Shown here: piece by piece, positions 9,401-15,295 of the stretch | Layout: every line of letters starts with the position of its first letter | Position numbering within the stretch: the first letter of the stretch is position 1 | Source: Nitrososphaera viennensis EN76 | Lineage (GTDB): Archaea; Thermoproteota; Nitrososphaeria; Nitrososphaerales; Nitrososphaeraceae | NCBI RefSeq assembly: GCF_000698785.1 | Contig: NZ_CP007536.1 | Coordinates: 90,001 to 122,000, forward strand | Direction: 5' to 3' | DNA length: 32,000 bases | The notes under the pieces: model-generated | What the model was told of the DNA's origin: nothing | What the model saw: the letters and a program-made list of their open reading frames with translations, nothing else | Databases searched by the model: none | Position numbers and translations under genes: made by a program

Positions 9401-10498
9401 TCCGGCTCGTCCTCGTCTACACCGCCCGTCAAGCCGCGGATCTTTGCAGTGAACTTGGTCGACTCGATAGCGCTTGCAACATCGTCAAGCAGCAAGGCAG
9501 TCGGCGAGATAATAGAGTTTGTGAACGAAAAGTTCTCCGCCAACCTCCTTGACTCCGTCGTGGTATCCAGCAAGCCGGTGGCGTACAACACGTTCAAGAT
9601 ACTCAAGGACGTCGAGGTGTCGATAACGGTGGTCGATGTCAGGCAGGAAAGCGTGGCTCCTCCAAGCGCGACAGCCGTAATCCAGACCGACATCACAAAC
9701 GCCGGCGACCTGGCCGAGAAATTCACCCTCAACTTCTGGTACAACGACCAGACTGGCAAGCGCGCCTTTGACCTGTCGCAGCAGGTGGATGTAGAGGCGC
9801 ACGGATTCAAGACGCTGCAGGTGACGATACCGTTCACAGAGCCGGGCACTTACCGCGTCACGGCCGAGGCAAGGTCCGTGCCTGAAAACGATCTGCTGGA
9901 GTCGACGCAGCTGACAGTCGTCGTCCCGTGGCTCTCCGTCTACCTCTATGTGCTCATGACGGTGGCAATAGCCATACTTGGAGGGTCGGCAATCGCAATA
10001 GCGCTGTACATGGCAAGAAACGGCATGGCGATTGCAGCAGGCGCAGGAGCAGCAGGCGCCTTAATACTGCTACTTGGACGCAAGCGCAAGCCACGTGTGA
10101 GAGTGGCAGAAAAGAGACCTGTAGATTATGATTATGATGATGGCGATGGTAATGGTAATGGTGGTGATGACGACTATGACCTGCTGGTAAACGTCAAGCT
10201 CGCAAACGGCTCTGAAGGCAGACTCGCGCCGGGTGAGCGCATGGCGCTGTTTGACTTTGAGATAATCAACAAGTCAAGGAGGAAGCAAGAGTTCGTCCTG
10301 GCCTATCACTTGGTGGACATGGCCGGAGCGGCGATGATGCCCGAGTCAGTGGCAGAGGTAAAGATAGCCAAGCACAAGACGCAGCTGCGCAACGCCAAGC
10401 TAGAGCTTCTCGCAGGCGCCTACGTGCTCCACGTGGAGGCACGGACTGCAAGGGGTGAGGTCCTCAGCAGCGACCGCGTCAGCGTGAGGACCGCTTGA
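2..10498 (+). CDS. Giant modular cell-surface protein, 5'-partial (>=3,499 codons in window): beta-propeller-like modules, ~90 x 18-aa repeats, unique domain, CARDB/Ig-like domain, TM anchor, acidic linker, C-terminal Ig-like tail
   Basis: Frame 2 is open from nt 2 to TGA 10496-10498, so the track start (TTG 386) is internal. Codons 2-385 are collinear with the ends of the downstream modules. A hydrophobic segment at 9929-10078 is followed by RKRKPR. The S/T/D/A/V-rich composition and non-repetitive termini support the plus strand as coding. Confidence 0.9.
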   Translation, partial: TWAVGTINWVRLVPDPRSTSNAIFLAGSGSSNDLDSAYWSGSAWTDHAEHDAGISGNAARVFDFAWDGSSSNGVLAWSTASNSISFTRGDPSSGTFGTDGTFTVDADASTTSWIRLASNPTTADTVAALGLEDDGNSDIGGIRWDGSTNAPVSTGTDDISTTSTNNSWEPFSIDFQKVVAIATKNISDTIATSPSIVAAKFKVASIPQTITITPTIVKKVTRSLPNTVTVSDSIARSVTVTPDTTPAAMAYRSDDGTNGSSSPKYREWNPTTKTWGSQVELESAGSPIRNAWIEFSPVSTKRVIIVLSEDGTLDSYACDFGCTIPSSWTVTHDIVDLWNVVTPAAQKRPFDIEFEKTSGDLMLVYDKEDGGDPATDLFYRIMPDSSHTFGSESVIDDTDTAAPDNVYSFIRLDSRRTPGSNDLGLVAESETNHRAVAWYWNGSTDTFGNMITLTTSVSTDVDYEGVGIGFETSTGDLVAVAAEGANVVYAQFSGGSWSTPANVGTLNVSTVRWVRFVPNPNAGTDGIQLVVSGYTGSAHQLNSAYWNATGWKIHAGETRHDASIDDSATRVFDFAWDNAGDATRGILVWGNGNNNMVFKRYTVPDTWTTIDFGAGAISDDGTHPWVSLNEHGNPISADAVSVLGAAIDNGADIGQLRWDGSASSVASWTDDGATAVGNTSSESFHVDFRRSPVLKKFPSIALTVADTLAAKIKTKVFSETVTFTVSLEAEKGSPTDSARSAAVYRSNTGTALLNSPKYREWNPATQAWSAEVELANTGSPVRDALIRFSPDSSLRVVVSHSDDGTLNLFKCDSSCTSASSWTLVAADFADTGTTNSAKPYRPYDILFETTGERLVIVYDKELTEDADFYYRTFDGTTLSGETGVNLGGAADAEELRYLHLAAHPTTNEMTVAILDATNLRSYGAVWSGSAWGNVQTVSSSLSIENADGDSVDVAYETLTGASLVFSGNGGNSAAYARWTGSSWTTGTTNPNPGVTSEDVKFVSLKSDPLSSSNKVMACQGDDESDLSCSQFAAGTPGAWTLITTNTGTAAGRAFDFAYNPAGTTGLLVSSSGASGTLDYRAFNGTGFGNASTLSAAGTHKWVLGASAISATDVVNSMFLKSNSNFDTGAIRSKAGTTALIGDASLTGDSGNDTYESMHIDFQKSKRVKRASADTITVAPAVTRGLGKSLSDTVTIAPAVSKAVGKPVSDTITVSAVAAKNPTVTIPLSITVTDSVRKRVTRSVTDTITVGDSITKHIIYSPSVALSINDSVARHVSATRSVADTVAIGVSAGGAYHASRPVSDTLSVSPDVARAYHATRSASVSLSVSDAIAKSITRSLSDTVTVAPSIGRAYSPSRSLSDTVTVAPEVARAYLASRSMAETLSVSDAVAGTSAFAREIADSVSFATAVSSSASRSLPNTISITDSISPTTGRSLANTISLADAITTRTSRSVSDSVAVTDSIARRASRSLADSLSATDSISRRASRSAAETVSVTDAIATTAKRSLADTLSVADAISTSAIRALANTVSLTDAINTRTSRSLSDSISVAETLSGIAARPLSTTITVTDAISILSTRNISDTVTVMAEILQEGRRSVDSNVSISDSISTKVSRTLSDLLSLADSAKPNVNRRLLTSLTVTDAISQTVSRSLADSLSLSDAVSTAVTRSLSDALDLTDAIAKSVSRSTSDSIGIADAISARTSRSLSDSIAVTDSVATRTSRPVSDALAVTDAVRTSVSRSISDSLSVDAAVSTSVSRFLSDSLSVTDAIAKSVSHSLSDSIAVADAIAKSVSRSVSETVGVTDAITRSASRSLSDPVVLADAITTAVSRSIADTIPVTDAIVPNSRRSMSDTLTLADSISHTASRSVSETLSLTDAVSTTASRSMADSVAVTDAIAKSVSRSIADSVTVAATANSGPSRSSSDSISLSDAVSVKVSRSISDSVTVISEILQEGKRSADVSIAISDAITIAVSRSLADSVSLASNITTAVSRSLSDTVTVADSISRSVSRSLSDSISATDAISTTVSRSLADSLSITPAINSTTSRSLADSVSIADAIITSASRSLSDNIALADSISTSVSRSLADTVSVADAIARAAADSRSPSDSIAATDAIATTASRSISDALSVTDALSSRAIRSLSETLSVTDIVASRTSRSLSDAITVADAIAKSVSRSMSETVGITDAVSTSASRSASDSVAVADSISTATSRSLQDALSITDAASPTGVRSLSETVAIADSISRSVSRSISDTLTVASAIVPTTSSGLADALAITDAIGRSISRSIADTLTVTPSANSGATPAVFDSVAVTASVSIGVSRSISDSVTVISEILQEGARTADVSIIVGDAITTRVSRSISDALSVTADDMLKSMSRSPSDTVTVADAITGKTSRSLSDALSLADGISTSTSRSLDDAVSMTDSISRAVSRSIVDALAPADSVSTAVTRSLADSVAVADTALGKSVFRSASDTIALEDKISMAVTRSVTEAVTLADSAVQSTGSKLFDSVAVGDHISTSVSRTVSEVLSMADAASESTSRPVADALSVTDAVKISVAGAVSDSVAASDVIKMSVSRSVADSATVSDAMATSGDRSPAETVSVTDAISMSASRSVSDALAVSDNASRAPALAVADTLAVADAISTSNSYSVTVSDTVSAADSMTRALGASRLAGDALATTDAIGTPASLARAISDTLAVADAALAGGSINVPISDLLTVSDAIAKAGSGPFSDAVAVTDAVSIGISRSIEDAMSMADSVVPPVMRAMGDAVAIADQVSAMMGTAVSIADSVGINSQITNVSVHWNRVFEEGVNLADCTPFSCNQSLHFDEGLSLADDDFFTSPPGRVLPASIAVTDSIGVNRPQTFISLADSVEVSPAVKPLLPILVNNHADDHGRPPNFSVPGNYTWDGTPASLRDALELEPLYFNTTVNRDNLPNQIITLRLWDVAIVPTANLPANNTLISDRAANIPAGVPVQVRVNFMDTPSLSRHSDFIRSLDVQFTPAMLTTDFGLIVTPMDAPPAGASVPPEELRPLYIDVRWWGNVPGGSDPSVQSYYQNPPTFTFTVTDEWARSESAVRDANGVPLIKLRLLNEATNQWEEINTVQRPTSSANDGTYTFTATLPHFSDYVITAVKSATSGSGSSSSTPPVKPRIFAVNLVDSIALATSSSSKAVGEIIEFVNEKFSANLLDSVVVSSKPVAYNTFKILKDVEVSITVVDVRQESVAPPSATAVIQTDITNAGDLAEKFTLNFWYNDQTGKRAFDLSQQVDVEAHGFKTLQVTIPFTEPGTYRVTAEARSVPENDLLESTQLTVVVPWLSVYLYVLMTVAIAILGGSAIAIALYMARNGMAIAAGAGAAGALILLLGRKRKPRVRVAEKRPVDYDYDDGDGNGNGGDDDYDLLVNVKLANGSEGRLAPGERMALFDFEIINKSRRKQEFVLAYHLVDMAGAAMMPESVAEVKIAKHKTQLRNAKLELLAGAYVLHVEARTARGEVLSSDRVSVRTA
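3497..8370 (+). repeat. Coding tandem array of 54-nt (18-aa) units, roughly 90 copies, with a ~1.1 kb higher-order period
   Basis: Consecutive units have the form SRS[LI][SA]D[ST][LIV][SA]V[TA]D[AS][IV][SA]xxx, for example 'SRSLSDSIAVTDSVATRT SRPVSDALAVTDAVRTSV SRSISDSLSVDAAVSTSV'. Insertions 'SEILQEG(K/R/A)R' occur at 4763, 5843 and 6983. A 42-nt stretch at 5807-5848 is perfectly identical to 6947-6988. Confidence 0.9.
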
Positions 10499-10575
10499 AC
10501 GCCATTCCAGTCTTCTGCTCTCTGCATATATCATGTGAAAAACATAACTGTGAGGCGCAGCATGGGAAGGGTGCC

Positions 10576-11154
10576 GTGAAGAGGAACAAGCTCGCACTGC
10601 TTGCAGCCGTGCCTGTCTTTCTTCTTCTTCTGCTGCTATGGTGGCATATTCCTGCCTCTGCCCAGGAAACAAGAGGGCAGGCCGAACTGTCGCTAGAGCG
10701 CCACGTGCAGTCGAAGGGGTTGTTCCCGGCCGCCGGCGACTATGTCCGCTATGATGTCACTGTCAAAAACATCGGCTCGTCGTCCATAGAGGAGCGCTCG
10801 CTATGGGCAAACTTTGTGCCGGTGCAGAATGGGGGCGGCGGAGATGTGGAAGAAGGGTCAAGCGCCAGGTTTGAGGTGCCATCGCTTGCGCCGGGCGCCA
10901 GCGCGCAGCTGCACCTCGGGCCGTTCAAGCTGCATGGCGCCGGCGAGCACGTGCTCTATGTCGGAATCAACAGGGAAGGCGACGCCAAAAGCCCAGACGA
11001 CGTGGCGCTCAACACCAGGCCCGGAGTACCTGTGGATTCTGTCTCCGCCCTTGATCCTGCGGCTGCAGCCGCGCTTCCTGCCGGCATGGGCATCGCCGCG
11101 GCCGGCGTGGCGCTCCTTGCGTGGCTCTTTTATGCGAGGAAAAGGCGCAGCTGA
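10576..11154 (+). CDS. Small secreted, C-terminally anchored CARDB/Ig-like protein
   Basis: The ORF spans 10495-11154. The most plausible start is GTG 10576, giving (M)KRNKLALLAAVPVFLLLLLLWWHIPASAQE, a signal-peptide-like N-terminus. The segment 'GDYVRYDVTVKNIGSSSIEERS' follows a CARDB-like pattern. The C-terminus has a hydrophobic helix 'GMGIAAAGVALLAWLFY' plus an ARKRRS tail. Confidence 0.7.
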   Translation: MKRNKLALLAAVPVFLLLLLLWWHIPASAQETRGQAELSLERHVQSKGLFPAAGDYVRYDVTVKNIGSSSIEERSLWANFVPVQNGGGGDVEEGSSARFEVPSLAPGASAQLHLGPFKLHGAGEHVLYVGINREGDAKSPDDVALNTRPGVPVDSVSALDPAAAAALPAGMGIAAAGVALLAWLFYARKRRS

Positions 11155-11196
11155 TACTCCTACTCGAATATCCTTATATAACAAACTGCGATACAA

Positions 11197-12978
11197 ATGA
11201 ATCAAATGAGCAGCTGGGGCAATATTGGGCGCCCCCTTGTCATAATAATAACGGTCGCGCTTGCCAGCATGACTGCGGTGTCCTCATTTCTCGTGTACAC
11301 GGCACAGCAGACCACACAGTCAAACATCGCACTGGCGGCGTCTCAGGCGCTCAGGAGTAACTTGGCAGAGGACAGCGAGGAGGTGTCAAGCAGGGTATCC
11401 GTCACTCTTGGCAATGCAGAGCGCCTCCTTGCCGCGTCTGCTCTTGCAATTGCAGGCAAGGACCCTGCAAGCGACTCCGTCCGGCAGGCGCTTCTGCTGA
11501 TAGAATCTGCACTTGGCCCGTACGCGGACAACATCATCTGGATATCTGGCGAAGGCAAGCTCCTCTATGCCGCAAGCGCGGGCACGTCCCTCACGATAGG
11601 CTCTGATCTCTCGGACAGGCGCTTTTACGAGCTGCCGCTTGCCACCAACCGCCCGTACATAAGCCCGTTGCTCTCAGACATGGGAAGCGTGCCAAGCTTT
11701 GCCATTGCGGTCCCTGTCCCGCAATCTGCCGCAAACAGCTCTTTTAATGGAGTGCTTGCGGCCATCGTGCCTGTCAGCTCCGCTAGGAACGTTTTCCTTG
11801 CGCCGTACGCGTCTACTGACAAGTCGCTGATGCTGGTTTCAAACGACGGGACGATCCTGATTCACTCGTCAGACGAGCTGATGGGTAAGAGCATCGCAGA
11901 AAATGGCGCCCTCCTCAGCCTGGTGTCGGACGATACAAAGGAGATGGTGCAACAGAGCCTGCAACTCATGGCGCAGGGCAAGTCCGGCGTACTGGAATAC
12001 AAGGACAGGGACGGGAACGAGACATTGATGGCGTACGCGCCGGTGATGGTAAACAGGACGCACGTCTTGACCGTCGCGGTATCCCAGGCTATGTCTGTGG
12101 TGCAGAAACCTTTTGTGGACGTTTTTGCAGAACGCGAAAACTTTAGCCTCATCGCGACGGTCCTGATAGCCGCCATTTCCGCGATATTCATCACGTTCAT
12201 ACTCGCGCTTAACAAGCGCCTCTTTACCACCGTGAGCAAGCAGGACGAAAAGATCTCAAACCAGCTGGCCGAGCTCACCGCTGCCAATGAGCGGCTGAAG
12301 GAGCAGGACGTAATCAAGGACGAGTTCATCAACATAGCCGCGCACGAGCTGCGCACCCCCGTGCTACCTATAGTCCTCAGCGCCGAGAACCTTGCCGACA
12401 GCATGCCTGACAACGACAACATCAGGATAATCCTGCGCAACGCAAACCGCATCACGAAACTTACAAACGACATCCTTGACGTAAGCAGGATAGAGAGCAA
12501 CACCTTCAAGCTCCAGAAGCAAAAGACCAACATCAAGAGGCTGATAGAGGAAGTAATCCAGGACGCGCAGCTAAAGATACCAAAGGGCCAGGATGTCGAG
12601 ATCGTCTTTGAGGAAAAGGTGCCCCCTGCGATGGAGGATCTCATGATAGACCGGGGAAGGATAAGCCAGGTGCTGGTAAACCTGGTGGACAACGCCGTCA
12701 ACTTTACCGAGTCCGGGGTAATACGCGTCGTGCTGGAGCCGGACACTGCGGCAGGGCGTGTAAAGGTGAGCATCACCGACAGCGGCAAGGGGATCGATCC
12801 CTCGGTCATGCCCAAGCTGTTCGGCAAGTTCGTGTCAAAATCAGACAGGGCCAAGGGAACGGGCCTTGGGCTCTACCTGTGCAAGGCAATAGTAGAGTCG
12901 CACGGGGGCACGATATACGGCGAGAACAACGCCGCCGGCACGGGAGCGACATTCTCGTTCACTCTGCCAGTGAATTAA
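11197..12978 (+). CDS. Membrane sensor histidine kinase with an extracytoplasmic Cache-like domain
   Basis: There are two TM segments ('VIIITVALASMTAVSSFLVY' and 'FSLIATVLIAAISAIFITFILAL') flanking a ~280-aa loop. H-box 'FINIAAHELRTPV'. N-box 'LVNLVDNAVNF'. G1 'DSGKGI'. G2 'GTGLGLYLCKAIVESHGG'. Confidence 0.95.
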   Translation: MNQMSSWGNIGRPLVIIITVALASMTAVSSFLVYTAQQTTQSNIALAASQALRSNLAEDSEEVSSRVSVTLGNAERLLAASALAIAGKDPASDSVRQALLLIESALGPYADNIIWISGEGKLLYAASAGTSLTIGSDLSDRRFYELPLATNRPYISPLLSDMGSVPSFAIAVPVPQSAANSSFNGVLAAIVPVSSARNVFLAPYASTDKSLMLVSNDGTILIHSSDELMGKSIAENGALLSLVSDDTKEMVQQSLQLMAQGKSGVLEYKDRDGNETLMAYAPVMVNRTHVLTVAVSQAMSVVQKPFVDVFAERENFSLIATVLIAAISAIFITFILALNKRLFTTVSKQDEKISNQLAELTAANERLKEQDVIKDEFINIAAHELRTPVLPIVLSAENLADSMPDNDNIRIILRNANRITKLTNDILDVSRIESNTFKLQKQKTNIKRLIEEVIQDAQLKIPKGQDVEIVFEEKVPPAMEDLMIDRGRISQVLVNLVDNAVNFTESGVIRVVLEPDTAAGRVKVSITDSGKGIDPSVMPKLFGKFVSKSDRAKGTGLGLYLCKAIVESHGGTIYGENNAAGTGATFSFTLPVN

Positions 12979-13197
12979 TTATATGTTAAACTACGCTTTT
13001 TCATGCGTGCTATGCAACAAAAGCGTTGCATAACTCGTTGCATAGACACTGAACCGTCAAAACATCACTTCTGCTAAACATTTCGACCCAAATAAATCAA
13101 GTAAGACTATAATATTTTCCGACTTTATTATTTGTTATATGGTATATCTATCCCCCTACCACGTCAGTGTCAAGCAATCATCCGAATGTTTGGAAAG

Positions 13198-13629
13198 CTA
13201 TTTCTTTTCTGCATGCCAGAGGGCTTCGTGCTCGCTTCTTTCCTTTTCAGAATTGTAAGATAGCATGCAGAAGTGACACTTCAAAAGCGGCTTAGGCTTT
13301 GTTCTTTTTACCCGTTTTCTTTTACCGTTGTTAATGGAGGCGTCACCTGGCAGGTCCATCCAGTTGACTGTGACAGGTGATTCTCGTCTATCTTCTATAT
13401 CTAAAATCCTGATGCTTCCATTTTTCACGCCGGCCCAATGTTCCAGCAAGAATTTCCAGTCATACTCCATATCGTCAAAGTACTCTGCCTCCTCGACCAA
13501 CTTGGTATATTGTGCAGCAGGATTGGAAACTGCTCTAAAGTCCTGCTCGTTTGAAAGCCGGATGGCAAAATCTTTGCCATGTGCATCAGACCAGAGCTGC
13601 AGCCTGCGAAAGCCTGAACCTGAAAACAA
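13198..13629 (-). CDS. Hypothetical protein with a C-terminal classical C2H2 zinc finger and a basic KRKRVKRTKPK linker
   Basis: 'CHFCMLSYNSEKERSEHEALWH' fits C-x2-C-x12-H-x4-H (nt 13213-13278). The start is uncertain: TTG 13629 is the first start codon after an in-frame stop, and the first ATG is codon 45. Confidence 0.55.
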   Translation of the reverse strand: MFSGSGFRRLQLWSDAHGKDFAIRLSNEQDFRAVSNPAAQYTKLVEEAEYFDDMEYDWKFLLEHWAGVKNGSIRILDIEDRRESPVTVNWMDLPGDASINNGKRKRVKRTKPKPLLKCHFCMLSYNSEKERSEHEALWHAEKK

Positions 13630-13821
13630 TGACCTTGCACCCTTGTATCACTTGACAGGGCGATCACTCAGGCCATGACAGGCATCCTGATGCCCTTTCA
13701 GCAGAAAATTCAGCAGCTCTTGCCTTTCTCTTTCGCCTTTTGTGTTACATAGCTCGATTTCCTTCTGCAAAGCAGAACAAAGGCGACATGGTTGCAAGGG
13801 CGGTTTTCTAACGCCTGCCAT

Positions 13822-13983
13822 TCATCGAACCACTTTTTTTGTCCCAAGTTTTCCATGCAGCCTACGATATTCCTGGATGGCCAGCCTTACCGCATGACTC
13901 AAAGAGGCAGCTTTGCCCGATTCCTTCATTTGCTTCAAAAATTGATAATTGTCATCATCGACAGTCAGGTTGATTCGTGGCAT
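13822..13983 (-). CDS. Ribbon-helix-helix (CopG/Arc/MetJ-type) DNA-binding protein
   Basis: 'MPRINLTVDDDNYQFLKQMKESGKAASLSHAVRLAIQEY' follows the strand-helix-helix pattern. The track ORF starts at 14004, but ATG 13983 places a TATA-like element about 32 nt upstream. Confidence 0.7.
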   Translation of the reverse strand: MPRINLTVDDDNYQFLKQMKESGKAASLSHAVRLAIQEYRRLHGKLGTKKVVR

Positions 13984-14087
13984 AGGTAATACACAATCAT
14001 ACACACTAACTGTATAATATAAAGATACTGTATAACAACGCCTTTATGATACAATCATACACAAATATACACAGAGCGACAAGGGAG
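13984..14087. promoter_or_regulatory. Divergent control region of the RHH gene pair, with A/T-rich TATA-like core and direct repeats
   Basis: The 13-bp direct repeat ACAATCATACACA occurs at 13993-14005 and 14051-14063. The 9-bp direct repeat ACTGTATAA occurs at 14009-14017 and 14027-14035. 'TGTATAATATAAAG' (14011-14024) lies midway between the two start codons. Confidence 0.55.
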
Positions 14088-14228
14088 ATGAAAAGATTGC
14101 AGATAACACTGGAGGACGAGCTGTATCAGTGGGTTACAAAGGAAATCAAGGCATTGCGATTTGGAAGCTATTCGCACGCGATAAACTATGCGTTAAAGCA
14201 GCTGAAGAACGAATCAGAAAAAAGTTGA
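14046..14228 (+). CDS. Ribbon-helix-helix DNA-binding protein (alternative start ATG 14088)
   Basis: 'KRLQITLEDELYQWVTKEIKALRFGSYSHAINYALKQLK' follows the RHH pattern. The gene is divergent from the RHH gene at 13822-13983. Confidence 0.7.
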   Translation: MIQSYTNIHRATREMKRLQITLEDELYQWVTKEIKALRFGSYSHAINYALKQLKNESEKS

Positions 14229-14415
14229 ACCGCGCATAGCGAGGTCCATGAGAATATTATTTGCATGTTTTGACTAATCCGCGTAAACAAGTACGCAGAA
14301 TAATTCATTGATTGTTTTGTATGGCGGACAGCAGTAAGACTAAGGCAATAACATGTGCAAAAAACTGTTATTTAGCTCCACAGCAGCAGGTCCAAATTCT
14401 TGGGGCCCATTATGA

Positions 14416-14817
14416 TTATTTATCGACTGTCAGCAAGTTGGCATCGCGTGCGAGTCGCCATTGCCCATCAGGCCCCTTGCGAAATATTGTGAGGGTATAG
14501 CCAGATCGGCTCACGGGCGAACCACCCTCAGGCGGAACCGTCCTTACCTTGAGATGACTTCGCATGTAAGCCCAGTTGCCAAGTACTTTAATTTCTTTAA
14601 TGTCGGAAGTTCCCTCATATCTAACATTTTTCATTTCCTCCGTGGCAGACTTGAATACTTCTTTTCCGAATGGTTCCAGACCAGGAACCATAAACACAAC
14701 ATCGTCCGTCATCAAGTTCAGTATCGTCTGTACATCTCCAGCCTTGGTGGCGACCATCCAAGTATCGACTAATTCGCGAATTGCGCTCTCATCATCCATC
14801 ATGGTATTATTTTTCAT
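14416..14817 (-). CDS. SnoaL-like / DUF4440 (NTF2-fold) protein
   Basis: 'ESAIRELVDTWMVATKAGDVQTILNLMTDDVVFMVPGLEPFGKEVF...GYTLTIFRKGPDGQWRLARDANLL' matches my recollection of the NTF2-like SnoaL_3/DUF4440 pattern. Confidence 0.75.
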   Translation of the reverse strand: MKNNTMMDDESAIRELVDTWMVATKAGDVQTILNLMTDDVVFMVPGLEPFGKEVFKSATEEMKNVRYEGTSDIKEIKVLGNWAYMRSHLKVRTVPPEGGSPVSRSGYTLTIFRKGPDGQWRLARDANLLTVDK

Positions 14818-15005
14818 GGTGAATGTATTTACTTTTTTCGCTAATCAACAAGATGAAAGCCAGTGCATATGAAATTACCCCCAGTCTAACGGCCTCTCCT
14901 TATGCACCAAAATACCAGTTATACTTCATCGACGCTACACCGCCTAGCTAGAGTCATCTACACGGTGCTTAAGCCATATCTGTAACTGTTCATCATACAA
15001 TATCT

Positions 15006-15284
15006 ATGAGTGTAGCGACTGACATCTTTTGTGCATTAGGACAATGCTGGATAGGGGAGGGCATAGATGGCATTTACGTTGTCGCAACAACCCTTCTGGA
15101 CATTGCAATAAAGCTGTCGCCGATGTTCGGTGTCATGTACTTTGGCTACTGGCTGTTCCTGATAATTCGGACAGTAAGGGAAGGCAGCCCTGAGCCGATA
15201 ATGAACCATGTGATGTTTGCCTGGCAGGTGATAACCGGCATAGTCCACGCCTTCATGAGCTTTATCAAGCTCTTCATACCGTGA
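15006..15284 (+). CDS. Small integral membrane protein (2-3 predicted TM helices)
   Basis: The protein is 92 aa and hydrophobic. It is the first gene of a run of overlapping or abutting plus-strand genes (15006-16884). Confidence 0.5.
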   Translation: MSVATDIFCALGQCWIGEGIDGIYVVATTLLDIAIKLSPMFGVMYFGYWLFLIIRTVREGSPEPIMNHVMFAWQVITGIVHAFMSFIKLFIP

Positions 15285-15295
15285 GGCGAGAAAAG

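Noticed and set aside
139-10451. Many other 60-260-aa ORFs on both strands within 1-10.5 kb (for example 2096-2710, 7927-8697, 8339-8953, 9364-9849)
   Set aside because: All lie wholly inside the 10.5 kb plus-strand ORF in a GC-rich, stop-poor region. Their compositions are Arg/Cys/His- or Ser-rich, as is typical of off-frame translation.
11862-12854. 330-aa minus-strand ORF opposite the histidine kinase gene
   Set aside because: The plus strand carries the complete H, N, G1 and G2 kinase motifs. The minus ORF is a low-complexity Ser/Leu-rich shadow.
13328-13678. Plus-strand 116-aa ORF (and minus-strand 80-aa ORF 13425-13667) overlapping the C2H2 gene
   Set aside because: Neither has a recognisable motif. 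The competing minus-strand frame carries an exact C2H2 finger and a basic linker. The choice is still not certain, so that CDS carries only moderate confidence.
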